From NCBI GenBank assembly GCA_964016885.1, contig OZ024741.1, positions 348,502,001 to 348,566,000 on the forward strand: a stretch of DNA of 64,000 bases, given 5' to 3'. Of the stretch, positions 27,408 through 39,960 are shown one piece after another; positions within the stretch are counted from its first letter, which is position 1; every line of letters begins with the position of its first letter. The position numbers were made by a program, and so were the translations under genes. The stretch comes from Eledone cirrhosa. Taxonomy: Eukaryota. The notes beneath the pieces were generated by a model. That model saw nothing but the letters and a program-made list of their open reading frames with translations. It had not been told where the DNA came from and did not search any database.

Positions 27408-29180
27408 TTCTCCCACACTTCTTTCTTGTTTTCAATCGAAATATCTATATGTTTTCTATTAATTTAGTAAATATATGATGGGAATAGCCTTGAAAACATT
27501 CTTTTCAAAATACGTTTCTTGATGTAAATATATGCAACTTCAGATACATTAATTGTATATCAATGTGAAGTGAAAGACATTTGAATAGCATATATATATA
27601 TACTTAGATGCTTACATATTAATGCAAGTGGTAGTGAGTTAACGGGATATATACAACTATATATCCATTTATATATATATATGTCTCTAATTCATTATCA
27701 ATTTCTATTCATATAGACTATTTTTTTTCATTCTCCAACAAACGTAATCTAGCATTGTTTTAACATTTGCAATACGTTTCTTCACTCAGTCCATCCTTCT
27801 TCATACAACCGATTCACAAATGCACGCACACACATTACATATAGTTCTCCGCCTCTGTGAAAAAAAAAAAAAATATATATACATACAAACAAACTTACAA
27901 ATGCACACATGTATATATGTATATATATATATATATATACCTATTATTGTTATATTATACGCATTATATATATACTTATTATTTTATATTATACGTATAA
28001 TATATATATATATAAATAAATATATATATATACATATATATATATATATGTATGTATATATATATATACATACTTATATATATATATACGCTCTGTGCGT
28101 GCGTATTTGCTTGGGTATGTATATATGTGTGTATGTGTGTTTACACACGTATATATTAATTGATATACAGTCAAGAATGGAAACAGACACATAAGATGGA
28201 TTACTTTGCACATTCTGAGTGTAAGCGTGTCGGCTATTGCATTGATACTGAAAGTTTATGTGTATTTATTTATTCATGTTACCGCATGAGCATGTGTGTA
28301 TCAGTGTGCATGTTTGTATGTGTTTCTATAAACATGCTTATAACTGAAAATAATGATCTACAAGGTAAAAATTGGTTCTGTTTTCCATTAAATGACAGAC
28401 AAACAGAACTGTCAACCAGAGAAAGCTTTCAGTAAAAACGTTACTCCGTTTACAAAAAGAAAAATCAGTTATATAAATACACACAGCTAAGAAATATATA
28501 AATATATATATTTAAATACGACACCTTTCTCCAAAACGTACAGCGTTTCCTTAGCCTCGTTCTCGTTTCAATCATTGTGTAAATTCTATTATGTTCTGAT
28601 TTATTCATTCGGATCTTTCACATCGCATCAATTTCTATACCTTTTGTTCCGGCTTTTCACAGGCAATAAATCCTACGTCTTCAAGCTTTATGAATGCTTA
28701 GTTGTTTATTTACATACATATACGTGCATACGTATATGCATACATACATATAAACTCACAAACACGTAGATATGCATAGAAATATATATATGTGTGTGTA
28801 TATTTGGATCACATGGAAATGGAGGTTGATTTTGACACTCGTTCTCACTTACAATGCATTGCAATCTTGGTAATCCAGACATACTAAAACTGCTTAAACT
28901 TCGCCAGGAAACTGACAGAGCATGACAATTACGTTGACAGCCAACAGCTTCGAAAGACGTGGTAGGATGAAAGGAGGCGCACGAAATTATTGTTGGAATG
29001 GTTTTTGAATGAATTCAATTGATACAGTGCTATGCATTTATAACAGAAACGCAATTCACAGATATCATCGCATTATAAATCTCGATGTTAATGCAAAACA
29101 TCAATCTAAGAGACTCAGCCACACATATACATATATATTTACATGAATCTATCTATCGTTCTATCACTCTCCCTTTCACG

Positions 29181-29273
<93 letters not shown>

Positions 29274-30039
29274 GCAGAGGATGTACATTTAAAACTCTTT
29301 CTTCTTATATATATATATAAATATGTGTGAGGGGGGAAGGGGTGCATGTGTGTTTGTGTGTGTTTGAATATATTATCTACGTTTACACGCACACAGACAC
29401 ACACACGCACATACACACACACAAACACACACATACACACACACACACACATATATATATATATCCGTTCTCAACATATTTCATATGTCTCTACTGAGAT
29501 TTATTCAATTACACTATATAGGAAATTTGCAAAAGAACAGAAGCGATTTCTACATATTGTTAGCAAAATGTTCCTTTTGTTTGTTTTTTTACATATAAAA
29601 TGTTTTCTTCTTCTTCTTCTTCTTCTTCTTCTTCTTCTTCTTCTTCTATGTCATCCTGTCTTATTGCTATTTGAGGAATTATTTATATACCGAACTGAAT
29701 TTTTTCTTTCCTTGTGTGCCAATCATGGCACCACAACGTGGTTCGTAGATTTGCTATACATAACATATACGTTTATCCCAAATTATATCACAATAGAAGG
29801 GAAATATTCTTTATTTTCGTTTCAGAATATATTTGCTACCATTGCATATTATACTTTATAATAAATAATGATTAATACCGTCTTCGCCGTCTTCATCTCT
29901 ATATGGTTTGGAGATTGTGTAGATATTGTCAGGAGACAGATTAAATACTGTGCAGTATTAATTCGTTAGTTTATGCAATGAGGCCATCCGCGCTCCAGAG
30001 TCGATTTTGAAATAGTTTATAAATCTCACAACCGTTTAA

Positions 30040-30262
30040 AAATGGTTTCTGATTTAGGCACAAGGCCACACATTTTGAGGAGGGGAAAGTCGATTAAATC
30101 GACACCAGTTCGTGACTGGTACTTTATTTTATCCACATATCGACATCGTAATGATGAAAGGCAAAGCTAACGTCGATGGGATTTGAACTCAGAACATAAA
30201 GCGCCATGACTCTATGATTCAAAGCATGTTGTGTGACGCTCTAACGATTATGCATATCCACC
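30040..30262 (-). mobile_element. Older SINE copy (longer subfamily)
   Basis: B-box, core and the GTCGATTTAATCGACTT insert also seen at 7195-7211. Confidence 0.8.
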
Positions 30263-30664
30263 TATGTCTTTTATATGAGGGGCATTTGGGGCTTTCTATA
30301 TGATAGGGAAGCTTTTGTTAGCAGAACGAAATGATCCATGAATTACTCCTCACCAGGTTTCACTGTGTTCGTGAACTCACGAATCTTGCTGGAAGTGCGG
30401 CGTAAAAGAAAGATTCATTGGGTAAGTATGCAGCACCTCATATACTGGCTGATTGTCAGCACCTGGATATAACCCATGCATGCTCATAAGTGTATGTATC
30501 TTCATTCAATGCAATTTAACAGCCTAATATCATTATTTTCTATGTGAAACAAAAAATACCGGAAACTTTGGCCCATGTGCACGGCTGACTAAGCAAACTT
30601 TATTTACAACCAGTAGAGTAGTATCTCAACAGTTTTACTATCTATTGAGTAGTCATAACCATTG

Positions 30665-30810
30665 ATCCACCAGTGAACAGATCACCGGTGAACAGACCAG
30701 CAATTAACAGACCACCAGTTTACAGACCACCAGTGACCCGAGCATCCAGGGAACAGTACATCCAGTGAACAGATCAACCAGTGAACAGATCATCTGGTGA
30801 ACAGATAATC
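30665..30810. repeat. ~15-17-bp minisatellite (CCAGTGAACAGATCA)
   Basis: About 9 diverged units. Confidence 0.85.
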
Positions 30811-30944
30811 CGGAGCCTATTGTAAATAGGTCTTACGCTGAAATCTCCATATTGACTAAGACGACCACAGAATAAATGATATATAACATAAATAGTTAAG
30901 AATTATTTATATATAACTTATGTACACATCAGATATGTGGCCAG

Positions 30945-31058
30945 CTAACTTTGCCTTATATCCTTACGGGGTCGATTATCCCAGTGCATTACTGGTGCTT
31001 TATTTTATCGACCCCGTAAGGAAGAAAGGCAAAGTTAACCTCGGTGGGATTTGAACTC
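30945..31058 (-). mobile_element. Truncated SINE with an inverted copy of its own core
   Basis: 30945-30976 is a plus-strand core piece; 30977-31058 is a minus-strand SINE ending at the B-box. Confidence 0.85.
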
Positions 31059-31059
31059 A

Positions 31060-31173
31060 TATACATACATAGATACTTACATACATACATACATGCATGC
31101 ATACATACATACATACATACATACATACATACATACATACATACATACATACATACATACATACATACATACA
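31060..31173. repeat. (TACA)n microsatellite
   Basis: Near-pure ATAC run. Confidence 0.97.
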
Positions 31174-34100
31174 ATGGCGACCGTTGTGGTCAGTGTCCGA
31201 TAATCGGACGTGTGTAATTACAGCTTACATGAAGGCAACATACCATATATTAGAAAAAGTTGAGCTACATTACGCGGTAAGATTACATACAATAATTCTA
31301 CATAAGTGTTTGAACTGTAAGTGTGTTGTAAAACACCTATTTATATGAACGATAAATACACTTATGATATATGAACGATACATACACTTTAACATATAAA
31401 TGCAACGTTGTTATATTACATTTATAAAGAAATATACAAGTAACGTTTTCGATTCAGAAACGAAAGCATAAGTGTTTGCACTGTGAATATGTTGTGAATA
31501 AGTTGTAGAACACCTATTTATATGAATGATACATAAACGTTAACATATAAATACAGCGTTGTTATATTATATTACATTCATAAAGAAATATACAAAGTAA
31601 CGGTTCTTTTTGTTCTCGATTCAAACGATTCAAGAACAACGTTTAAAACACAGTTGTAGAATTAAAAACTAACTGAAAAGAAATATTACCCAAGCTGTCA
31701 ATAACTTTAAATTTGATTCTGACAAAACTTTGTCGAAACTTTTAAAGAAGATCATCGACTATTTTGAAAAATAAATAAGAAATATTAGTGAATAGACGAA
31801 CTCATCATGGCAAAAAGTACAAGTCTCCTTCGACTAAATCGCAACTACAACCGTTGTATACAGTGGAACTACGAGCTTAACAAAGAATTATATGAAGCAT
31901 GCAAACAATCTGAACCCCCAAAAGTTCGGTTTTATGCAAAGGCTAAAAACTTTATGGAACTCCAAACACCCAGAATTAGACTTTTCTCCAAAGCATTTAA
32001 ATGAACAGGCAAAACGTATCATTAGATATAAATTGATACATCTAACGGAATTGAGTGATACTACAAATACAGCCCTTGTAGACAACCACCCTACCTCCAC
32101 TGACAGACAAAGAGAATGGCCAGCTAAATCTAACAGTGAACAGCTCACCAACAATTTTGCTGAAATCAATCCCACTTCCATTGAAGAACAGCGAGAAAGG
32201 TCAGCTAACTCTAGTAGTAATTGTCACCACATCAACAACGAGACTGAAATTCATGACTCTACTGAACAAACAGAACACCAAAAACTTGTGGACACCTTAC
32301 AAGTGATATGGAACGATATGTTTCAAGAGATACACAGCCTTAATGTGAGTGACAGACCATACAACGCCAGAATCAGTAAAGAACCCACTAAATTGGAATT
32401 GGAAGCGGTGAACGAAATAGCTGGCAATTATCTGAAGGCTATACGATCTAAAGGTGTAGAAACGACATTTGAAACACTTAATATTTTGTTATATGTTTCA
32501 GCTGTCACATTGCTATCGTATAATACACATCTAAAACCACGCAATCAAGATACAAAGAGAAAGCCTGAACCAGCGTGGATGCGAAATTTAAAAAGCAAAA
32601 TGTTGTCCCTGAGACGAAGTATCTCACACATCGCAGTCGTTATGAAATGCAACATAGAGAGCAACTTCACGCGACACCAGGAAGACATAAAAAAGAATTT
32701 AGAGAGACGATTTGGAGATACAAAATGTAAAACTTTGAACTCCAAATTACACCAGTTGAAACAATAACTAACAGCTACAACAGAAAGACTAAAATATAAG
32801 TCAACAGCACATAAACGACAAGTGTTTGCCAGAGATCCTAAATCAGTTTATCGCAGCTTTGGTGGCAAAAGCTCAATCCCTGTAAATGACACCCCTTCAA
32901 AAGAACAGGTTGAAAGCTACTAGAGATCTGTATGGGAAACAGATGACGGATTCAACAGACAAACTAATTGGCTAAAAGAACTGGAACAGGACTACTGCCA
33001 ACATTTCCAGACAAAACAATATGACATAGATGGGTCAATACTGGGAACAGCTCTACAGAAGATGTCGAATAGGAAATCACCAGGCCCAGACCTCATTACA
33101 GTATACTCGTTGAAGAATTTCACTTTCTCTCGGCAAGATCTCATACGGCTGTTTACAGAAACATTTAAAGGCACACAAGAACTGCCCAGATGGTTATCAA
33201 CTGCCACTACTCCCCTCATTCCCCAAAATAGCCAAACTACCCTTGCTAAAAATTACCGCCCAATAGCCTGCCAAAACATCATGTATAAATTATATACTGG
33301 GTGCCTTAACCTGTTCTTACAGGATCACTGTACTACCAACAACATCATAACACCTGAGCAAGCTGGTGCAAAGAGGGGTGTGTGGGGTTGCATAGATCAC
33401 CTACTAACTAATAAAATTATTCAGCAAAAAACAACAAAGAATCGCAGAAACATGACTGTCGTGTGGCTGGACTATCAAAAAGTATTTGATAGTGTACCTC
33501 ATGGGTGGATTATTAAGGCTTTACAGTTAGCCAAAGTCCCACAACCATTGGTAGGTGCTGTTGAACGCCTGACCAAGAACGGGTACACCAATTTGATCCT
33601 GAGAGGTGAGAAGGAGCAAGTTAAGACTGATAAGTTACATTACCAGAAGGGCATCTTTCAGGGTGATAGCTTGTCAATGCTGCTCTTCGTTCTCTCACTA
33701 AATCCACTATCTTATCTACTCAGGAAACAAGGTGGACAAAGAAGTGGGTCCAGAAGTATCTCCCATCTTTTCTTTGTTGATGACCTGAAGTTGTATGGGC
33801 CAAATATCAATGACATCAAGAAACAATTGGATCTCATTACACAATTTTCAACCGACATCAAAATGAAATTTGGTGAGTCCAAGTGTGCATATTTGGCAGT
33901 AAAACCAGGAAGAGTTGTGCCCTCCTCTAGAAATCTAGAGATGAACGGCCTGACAATACAACCTCTACAGTTAGGTGACAACTACAGATATCTTGGACAG
34001 GATGAGAATGTCAGATATGATGGACCCATAAATAAGGAGAGAACCAGAACTGAATACCTCAGAAGAGTAAAGAAAATATGGTCATCAGAACTGTCAGCGT

Positions 34101-34960
34101 ACAACAAATACATTGCCCACAATACTTATGCTGTGCCAATTCTAACGCCAACATTTGGCCTGCTGAACTGGTCATTGCAAGAACTAAGTGAGATGGATGT
34201 TAGAAGTCGAAACCTTCTCAGTCTTACTGGGAACTTTAACATCAATGGTGATGTGCATAGGCTATACTTCTCACCAAATATCTGCTGCACAAAAGGGGAG
34301 GGCCATCAGCTGACAATAAATGTAGGCTATGTAAAACAAAGATCGAGGATGTAAGACACATTGTTGCCAGCTGCGAAAGAATGTCATCTCGCTACTACCT
34401 CCCCATGAGACACGATGGGATAGCTAGAACCATCTGGAACGCACTTCGGAAAACAAAATTAACAACAAACGAGGAAGAATGTATTGAGACAGATGGCACT
34501 AAGGAATACTGGTGGAACCTGAAAATAAAAACTGCCATCAAATTAAAGCACAACAGGCCTAATATTGTTGTTTGGGACCACACATTGAAAGCGTGTTCTG
34601 TTGTGGAGATAAGCTGCCGACTTGATGTAAACGTTTTCAGAAAAATACAGGAGAAGGAGGACATCTACGGACCATTGATGAGGAGTTTACAAATCAAGTG
34701 TCCAAGATACACCTTTAGCTTCATACCCATCATTATTGGAGCTACGGGTTATATACCAACCCGCTTGAACCAAAGTACGACTGAACTTGGATTTGCGTAC
34801 AAAAAGCGCAGCTCCCTAATTCATAGTCTGCAAATGGCTGCGATAGCTGGCACCTTCAATATTTGCAAAACATTCTTGCGATTCAAGGGATGATCATTTC
34901 TTTTCTTTTCCAACCTTGCCACCAGGAAGGTGGCCGGTCAAATATATATTCGAAATTAAG
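31174..34960 (+). mobile_element. R4/Dong-type non-LTR retrotransposon (RT, CCHC, restriction-like endonuclease); near full length, inactivated
   Basis: Broken ORF 31807-34893: KSPGPD, NYRPIAC, EQAG, WLDYQKVFDSVPH, GIFQGDSLS, HLFFVDDLKLY, YRYLG, CRLC..E..HIVASC, RHD and RPNIVVWD..VEISC..D.N..K..Y. Contains stops, frameshifts and an internal deletion near 34300. The 5' boundary is uncertain. Confidence 0.9.
31301..31601 (+). repeat. Diverged ~165-bp tandem duplication upstream of the R4 ORF
   Basis: CATAAGTGTTTG.ACTGT...AACACCTATTTATATGAA...TAAAGAAATATACAA.GTAACG at 31301-31445 and 31468-31601. Confidence 0.85.
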
Positions 34961-35208
34961 AGAAAGAGATAACATAGATATAAACATAAATACATGCATA
35001 CAAACGTACATCCATAAATACATATTCATGAATATTTATAAAAGTATACGCCTGATGGTGACATATGTTAACGGTTATAATGGGCCACGATAATTGATAG
35101 TGATTTTATTTTGGGGTTAATACTGTTTTCTATATATGATTTTACGAGCTTCCGAATAATTTCACACACAGGCAAACCAGCCCACTCACACTAATCACCC
35201 TTTTTCTC

Positions 35209-35351
<143 letters not shown>

Positions 35352-35437
35352 TACACACACACACACGCACTCTCTCTCTCTTTTTGTATATATAATATGT
35401 ATGTATATATATATATGGCCGTGTGTGTGTGTGCGTT

Positions 35438-35510
<73 letters not shown>

Positions 35511-35934
35511 ATTTATTTATTTATTTATTTATATATACGTGCAGTAAGTCTGAAGAAACTGGTGAGAGTACCAATGTCAGCCCTCGATGCAGAGCAGTGT
35601 GTATATAATAAGAAATTTGAGATGTCCCTGCTCAAACCGGTTACAAATGTTTCCAACTCTTGTGATCTAGTTATTTTCTTTTAATGCTCGAGATACGTGC
35701 GTCCTTTGGATTCTAGGCCCGTGATTGGTTATTCTATATACTTGTTTGTGTCTGGCTAGTTGGTCTTCAGATTGGCTGTGAATTTTGTTGTGTTAGCACT
35801 GGTCTGAGGAACAGGCAGACCTAGAGTCTGATCAGGGGATACCATCCCAGATTACGAGCCGGCCTGCCTGAGGATTGTTTGTAAGCGGGTTGAGCAATAA
35901 ATCTCAATTTGTTCTTATTATATATATATATATA

Positions 35935-36320
35935 TATTACTTCAAAATATTAATAAATATGGACATTCATGTGATGAAATATATTTTATTATACATATTT
36001 CAGAGGTACTGAGCTATTTCAACAGTATGTCCTCATCAGATAAATTAAGTTGTTGTCTGACATACCTTGACTGTGTTAATGGTTATAATTCAGTCATGGC
36101 ATGACTGAATTATAACCATCAACACAGTCAAGGTATGTCAGACATCAATTTATTTTATCTGAAGAGGACATACTGTTGAAATAGCTCAGTACCTCTGAAA
36201 TATGTATAATAAAATATATTTCATCACATGAATGTCTATAATTATTAATATTTTGAAGTAATATTAATAACTCCAGAAAACCTAACTGTAGAGTGCTTCT
36301 AATCTATTGTAAAACTTTAT
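35935..36320. mobile_element. Family G near-perfect palindrome (~164-bp arms, 1-nt centre at 36099) plus 3' tail
   Basis: Arms 35935-36098 / 36100-36263. Hammerhead-like motif on plus at 36151-36216 (TATTTTAT CTGAAGA..GAAA TATGTA T A ATAAAATA) and its mirror on minus. The tail resembles the reverse complement of 24395-24450. Confidence 0.88.
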
Positions 36321-36358
36321 TCATTGATTAATTCATTGAACCTTGGTAAACTTTTAAT

Positions 36359-36526
<168 letters not shown>

Positions 36527-37138
36527 CTGCATATACACACTTAGATTTTCAGAAATTTATGTTTTTCTCAAATACTTATATATACAATAAAAAATTATAG
36601 ACTTTTTATAAAAGAATACATTGGTGACATGTATTACTTGTGAATGGATGTGATTGTGATAGATGGAATTGTATGTCGCTTATTACTTCTCTATATTATC
36701 TATATATTATTTTATGACCTGTTGCATAATATAGAAGGTCAAACAATATATCGAAACACGCAATACACGTCAGAATTTGAAAACTACCAAAATATTTACA
36801 CAACACAATGGCAATAAATAGTTTACATTGATTTATATATAATACTGTATCAATTACACAACGAATTTCTGTTGACTTTTTAATATTTTACTTTCTATTT
36901 GGTCATGTCTTTGTAAAAATAGATATTACGCCGTTGATTATTGGTGATGTATGTTAGTCCTGTGAATGGAGGCGATGGTGGTAGATAGCATTGTCTGCCG
37001 CATATTGTATTTCTAATAGGAAATCTTGTTAGGTCTAATATATAGCACGACGTAAATATCTTCGACATGCTGATATACTAGAACTATATCGCAGAAAACA
37101 TACGTGCAGAAACGTGAATATATTAATATATATATATA

Positions 37139-37204
<66 letters not shown>

Positions 37205-37206
<2 letters not shown>

Positions 37207-37400
37207 TAGGGTGGGTAAAATTCCTGAGATCCATGGACGTGTTCTCTCTAACGGTCTCTGTCCCTCGTTATCCCTGCCAATCCCTGCGACTCCAGGAGAC
37301 CAGCGGCTGCCCTTAGGGCATCAACATATGTTAACCTCGGTCTTCCTCTTCCAGTGTGTCCATGCTGGGGTTCCCACAGGAGCGCTGAGTGCAGTGTCAA
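37205..37400 (-). mobile_element. RTE-type LINE 3' end running into (TA)n
   Basis: LLWEPQHGHTGRGRPRLTYVDALR...DRDR.RERPWI is the RTE C-terminal motif. Confidence 0.8.
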
Positions 37401-37452
37401 ATCATTATATATATACGTCAAGTAGCATTAAATGTAGCATTAATTTCTATTA

Positions 37453-38317
37453 TATTACGTTTGTACAAGCTCTGAATTTAATGAAAGGAACAGTAGAGCT
37501 AATCTACGATCGATTCTTCTCGATACTGGTTGGAGAAATCAAATCCCGCCGAGGTTGACTTTGCCTTTCATCCTTACGGGGTCGATAAAATAAAGTACCA
37601 GTAATGCACTGGTAATTGCTGTCCTTGTGCCTAAAGTAGAAACAATTAATTTCTATTATATTACAAAATTTAGGCATTAGTATATAATACATTCCACAGT
37701 TGCGGTGGCAAGGGAATAGCAAAATAAACCTAAAAAGCAAAAAGTAATTATTGTGCCGATATTTTTAATGGTTCTTCCATTGTTGTTTTTATCGGAGGGT
37801 TTCCTTTAATAAGAATTTGAAACATTCAAAATTTCACATATATTAGAACTTGCTGAATATTGGTCATATTTTGACTATATTTTAACAATTTAATACTGAC
37901 AACGTGTTTTTGTTTTGTTTTTAAATTATATATGATTAATAAATTTGGATAACCAGTAAGTAAAGTTAGTTATAGTCTATGTAAGAAATTTAAGGTACTA
38001 TTTCCAAACCTGAATTATATTGCACATTTTCAGTAATGTATATATGAAAGAAAATGTATGGAAAGTATTTCTGCAACGATAATCACTTATATCTTTCGTG
38101 CTAACATGGAAACTAACGTTAGTTTTGTTCTAGTTATTTGTTCAATTGGAAAAAACTACATATTGAATGACAGTATATAATTTATGTGTTGTTATACTCT
38201 GGATTCAAATGCTACCAACATCCAATTGGCCTTTCTCCAACCAGTATCGAGAAGAATCGATTGTAGATTAGCTCTACTGTTCCTTTGATTAAATTCAGAG
38301 CTTGTACAAACGGAATA
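37453..38317. repeat. 86-bp inverted duplication (37453-37538 / 38232-38317)
   Basis: Near-identical reverse-complement arms. Not TA-bounded; each arm abuts a SINE piece. Confidence 0.9.
37539..37650 (+). mobile_element. 5'-truncated SINE
   Basis: Core and tail; begins inside the B-box. Confidence 0.9.
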
Positions 38318-39152
38318 TTTGCTATCAATTTTAGAGTTATATAAGAATTCGCTCAATATCGTGTTTTATGTAATTTTTTGTTACATCACATTAAATGTTT
38401 ACAAATGTCGAATTTTCCTTTCGTTCTTTAATGAATATTCCCTTCCCTCAAATATGTTTACATGTACATTTCATAGAATATATTTTAGTAGTGTTGAATA
38501 CTTCTTTGAAGTACAGTTATGATCCATCTCTCCATCTGACTGGGTCTACTGAATTTCCATAACATATTTTCTGTGGCAAGCCTTCGACTGGAGATTTGTA
38601 AATAGCATTAGATACTTGTTCAATAAAACAGAAAATGGAATCAAACGCAAATCGTTCGATAATAAACTTTTCATCTGTTATTCGTATCTAAATTAGATAT
38701 ATATACAAAGGCATTGTGATAGTTGCAACGATGTCGCTCGGTGTGCTAACTACGGTAGACAAATTTCCCTTTTATTGCAACCTAACCCTTGAAGCAAAGT
38801 TGGAGTGAGTACAACGGACGCAAAATATGTTGAGAGATTCGAGTTTGGAATCCCATAGTATCTTGTAATGTTGGATATGTGACCAAAGCAAAATATACAA
38901 TCAATCCTGAGCAAACATACAGCAACAAGTATACAATGTAATGGATATTCCATTATTGATTCATTACATTTGTGTTTAAACTGTTCATGTTTGGTTTTAT
39001 TGTTTATGTTGAGTTTCCTCGAGGAGATTGTGACATTGATCAATGGGATTATGTCGACTTGACTCAACATATGTTGTTTGGATGTTATTTAACTCAGGAA
39101 ACATGCGACAGAAATTTGCCTTTGAACTCGTATATATATATATATATATATA

Positions 39153-39529
39153 TAGTAATAATAATAAAATTGAAGACTAAAATCCAAAGAGGGCTCGATA
39201 AGGAAAATATATATCAAATATATAAGAACCGTAGAGCAAATATTTATTAAAATAACATATTAAAGTTTAAGCAAAGAATCGCTGCTTTCACCCTTAACGG
39301 GATCTTCTGAAACTAACAAAGTCAATCTGTAAACACAGAACTGGATATTTCAAAAAACGTTGCAGCCAACGGTACCACGAACCAAAGTATCGTCTTCCTG
39401 TCTTCCTCCGGCTGCAACGTTTTTTGAAATATCCAGTTCTGTGTTTACAGATTGACTTTGTTAGTTTCAGAAGATCCCGTTAAGGGTGAAAGCAGCGATT
39501 CATTGCTTAAACTTTAATCTGTTATTTTA

Positions 39530-39535
<6 letters not shown>
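39153..39535. mobile_element. Family A fold-back element in (TA)n
   Basis: Arms about 39240-39367 / 39410-39535, with an unpaired terminal tail at 39153-39240. Confidence 0.9.
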
Positions 39536-39589
<54 letters not shown>

Positions 39590-39591
<2 letters not shown>

Positions 39592-39760
39592 AAGGCGGGT
39601 AAAATTCCCGAGATCCATGGACGAGTTCTCTCCAGCGGTCTCTGTCCCTCATTATCGCTGCCATATCCTGCATCTCCAACAGACCAGTGTCTGTCCTTAG
39701 GGCATCAACATATGTTAACCTTGGTCTTCCTCTTCTAGTGTGTCCATGTAGGGGCTCCCT
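39590..39760 (-). mobile_element. RTE-type LINE 3' end in (TA)n
   Basis: EPLHGHTRRGRPRLTYVDALRTDTG...MRDRDRWRELVHGSREFYPP*. Confidence 0.85.
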
Positions 39761-39917
39761 ATATATATTTGTATGTGTGTCTATGTCTGTGAGTATGGGT
39801 GACGGTGTGGCTGTGGGTGTACGTGCATGTGTGCATATCTGAGAAAAAAAAATATATATATATATGGTGCCCCACCATGGCCTCAACCGGATGACTGGAA
39901 GAAGGAAAAGAGTAAAA

Positions 39918-39960
<43 letters not shown>

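Noticed and set aside
30665-30810. Repeat array as a CRISPR candidate
   Set aside because: Adjacent ~15-bp units with no unique spacers, no cas genes, and a eukaryotic context.
35935-36320. Fold-back elements as classical MITEs
   Set aside because: Arm length varies within a family, single arms occur, one side has an unpaired tail, and the same type of terminus is attached to GIY-YIG ORFs. This is more consistent with Penelope pLTRs.
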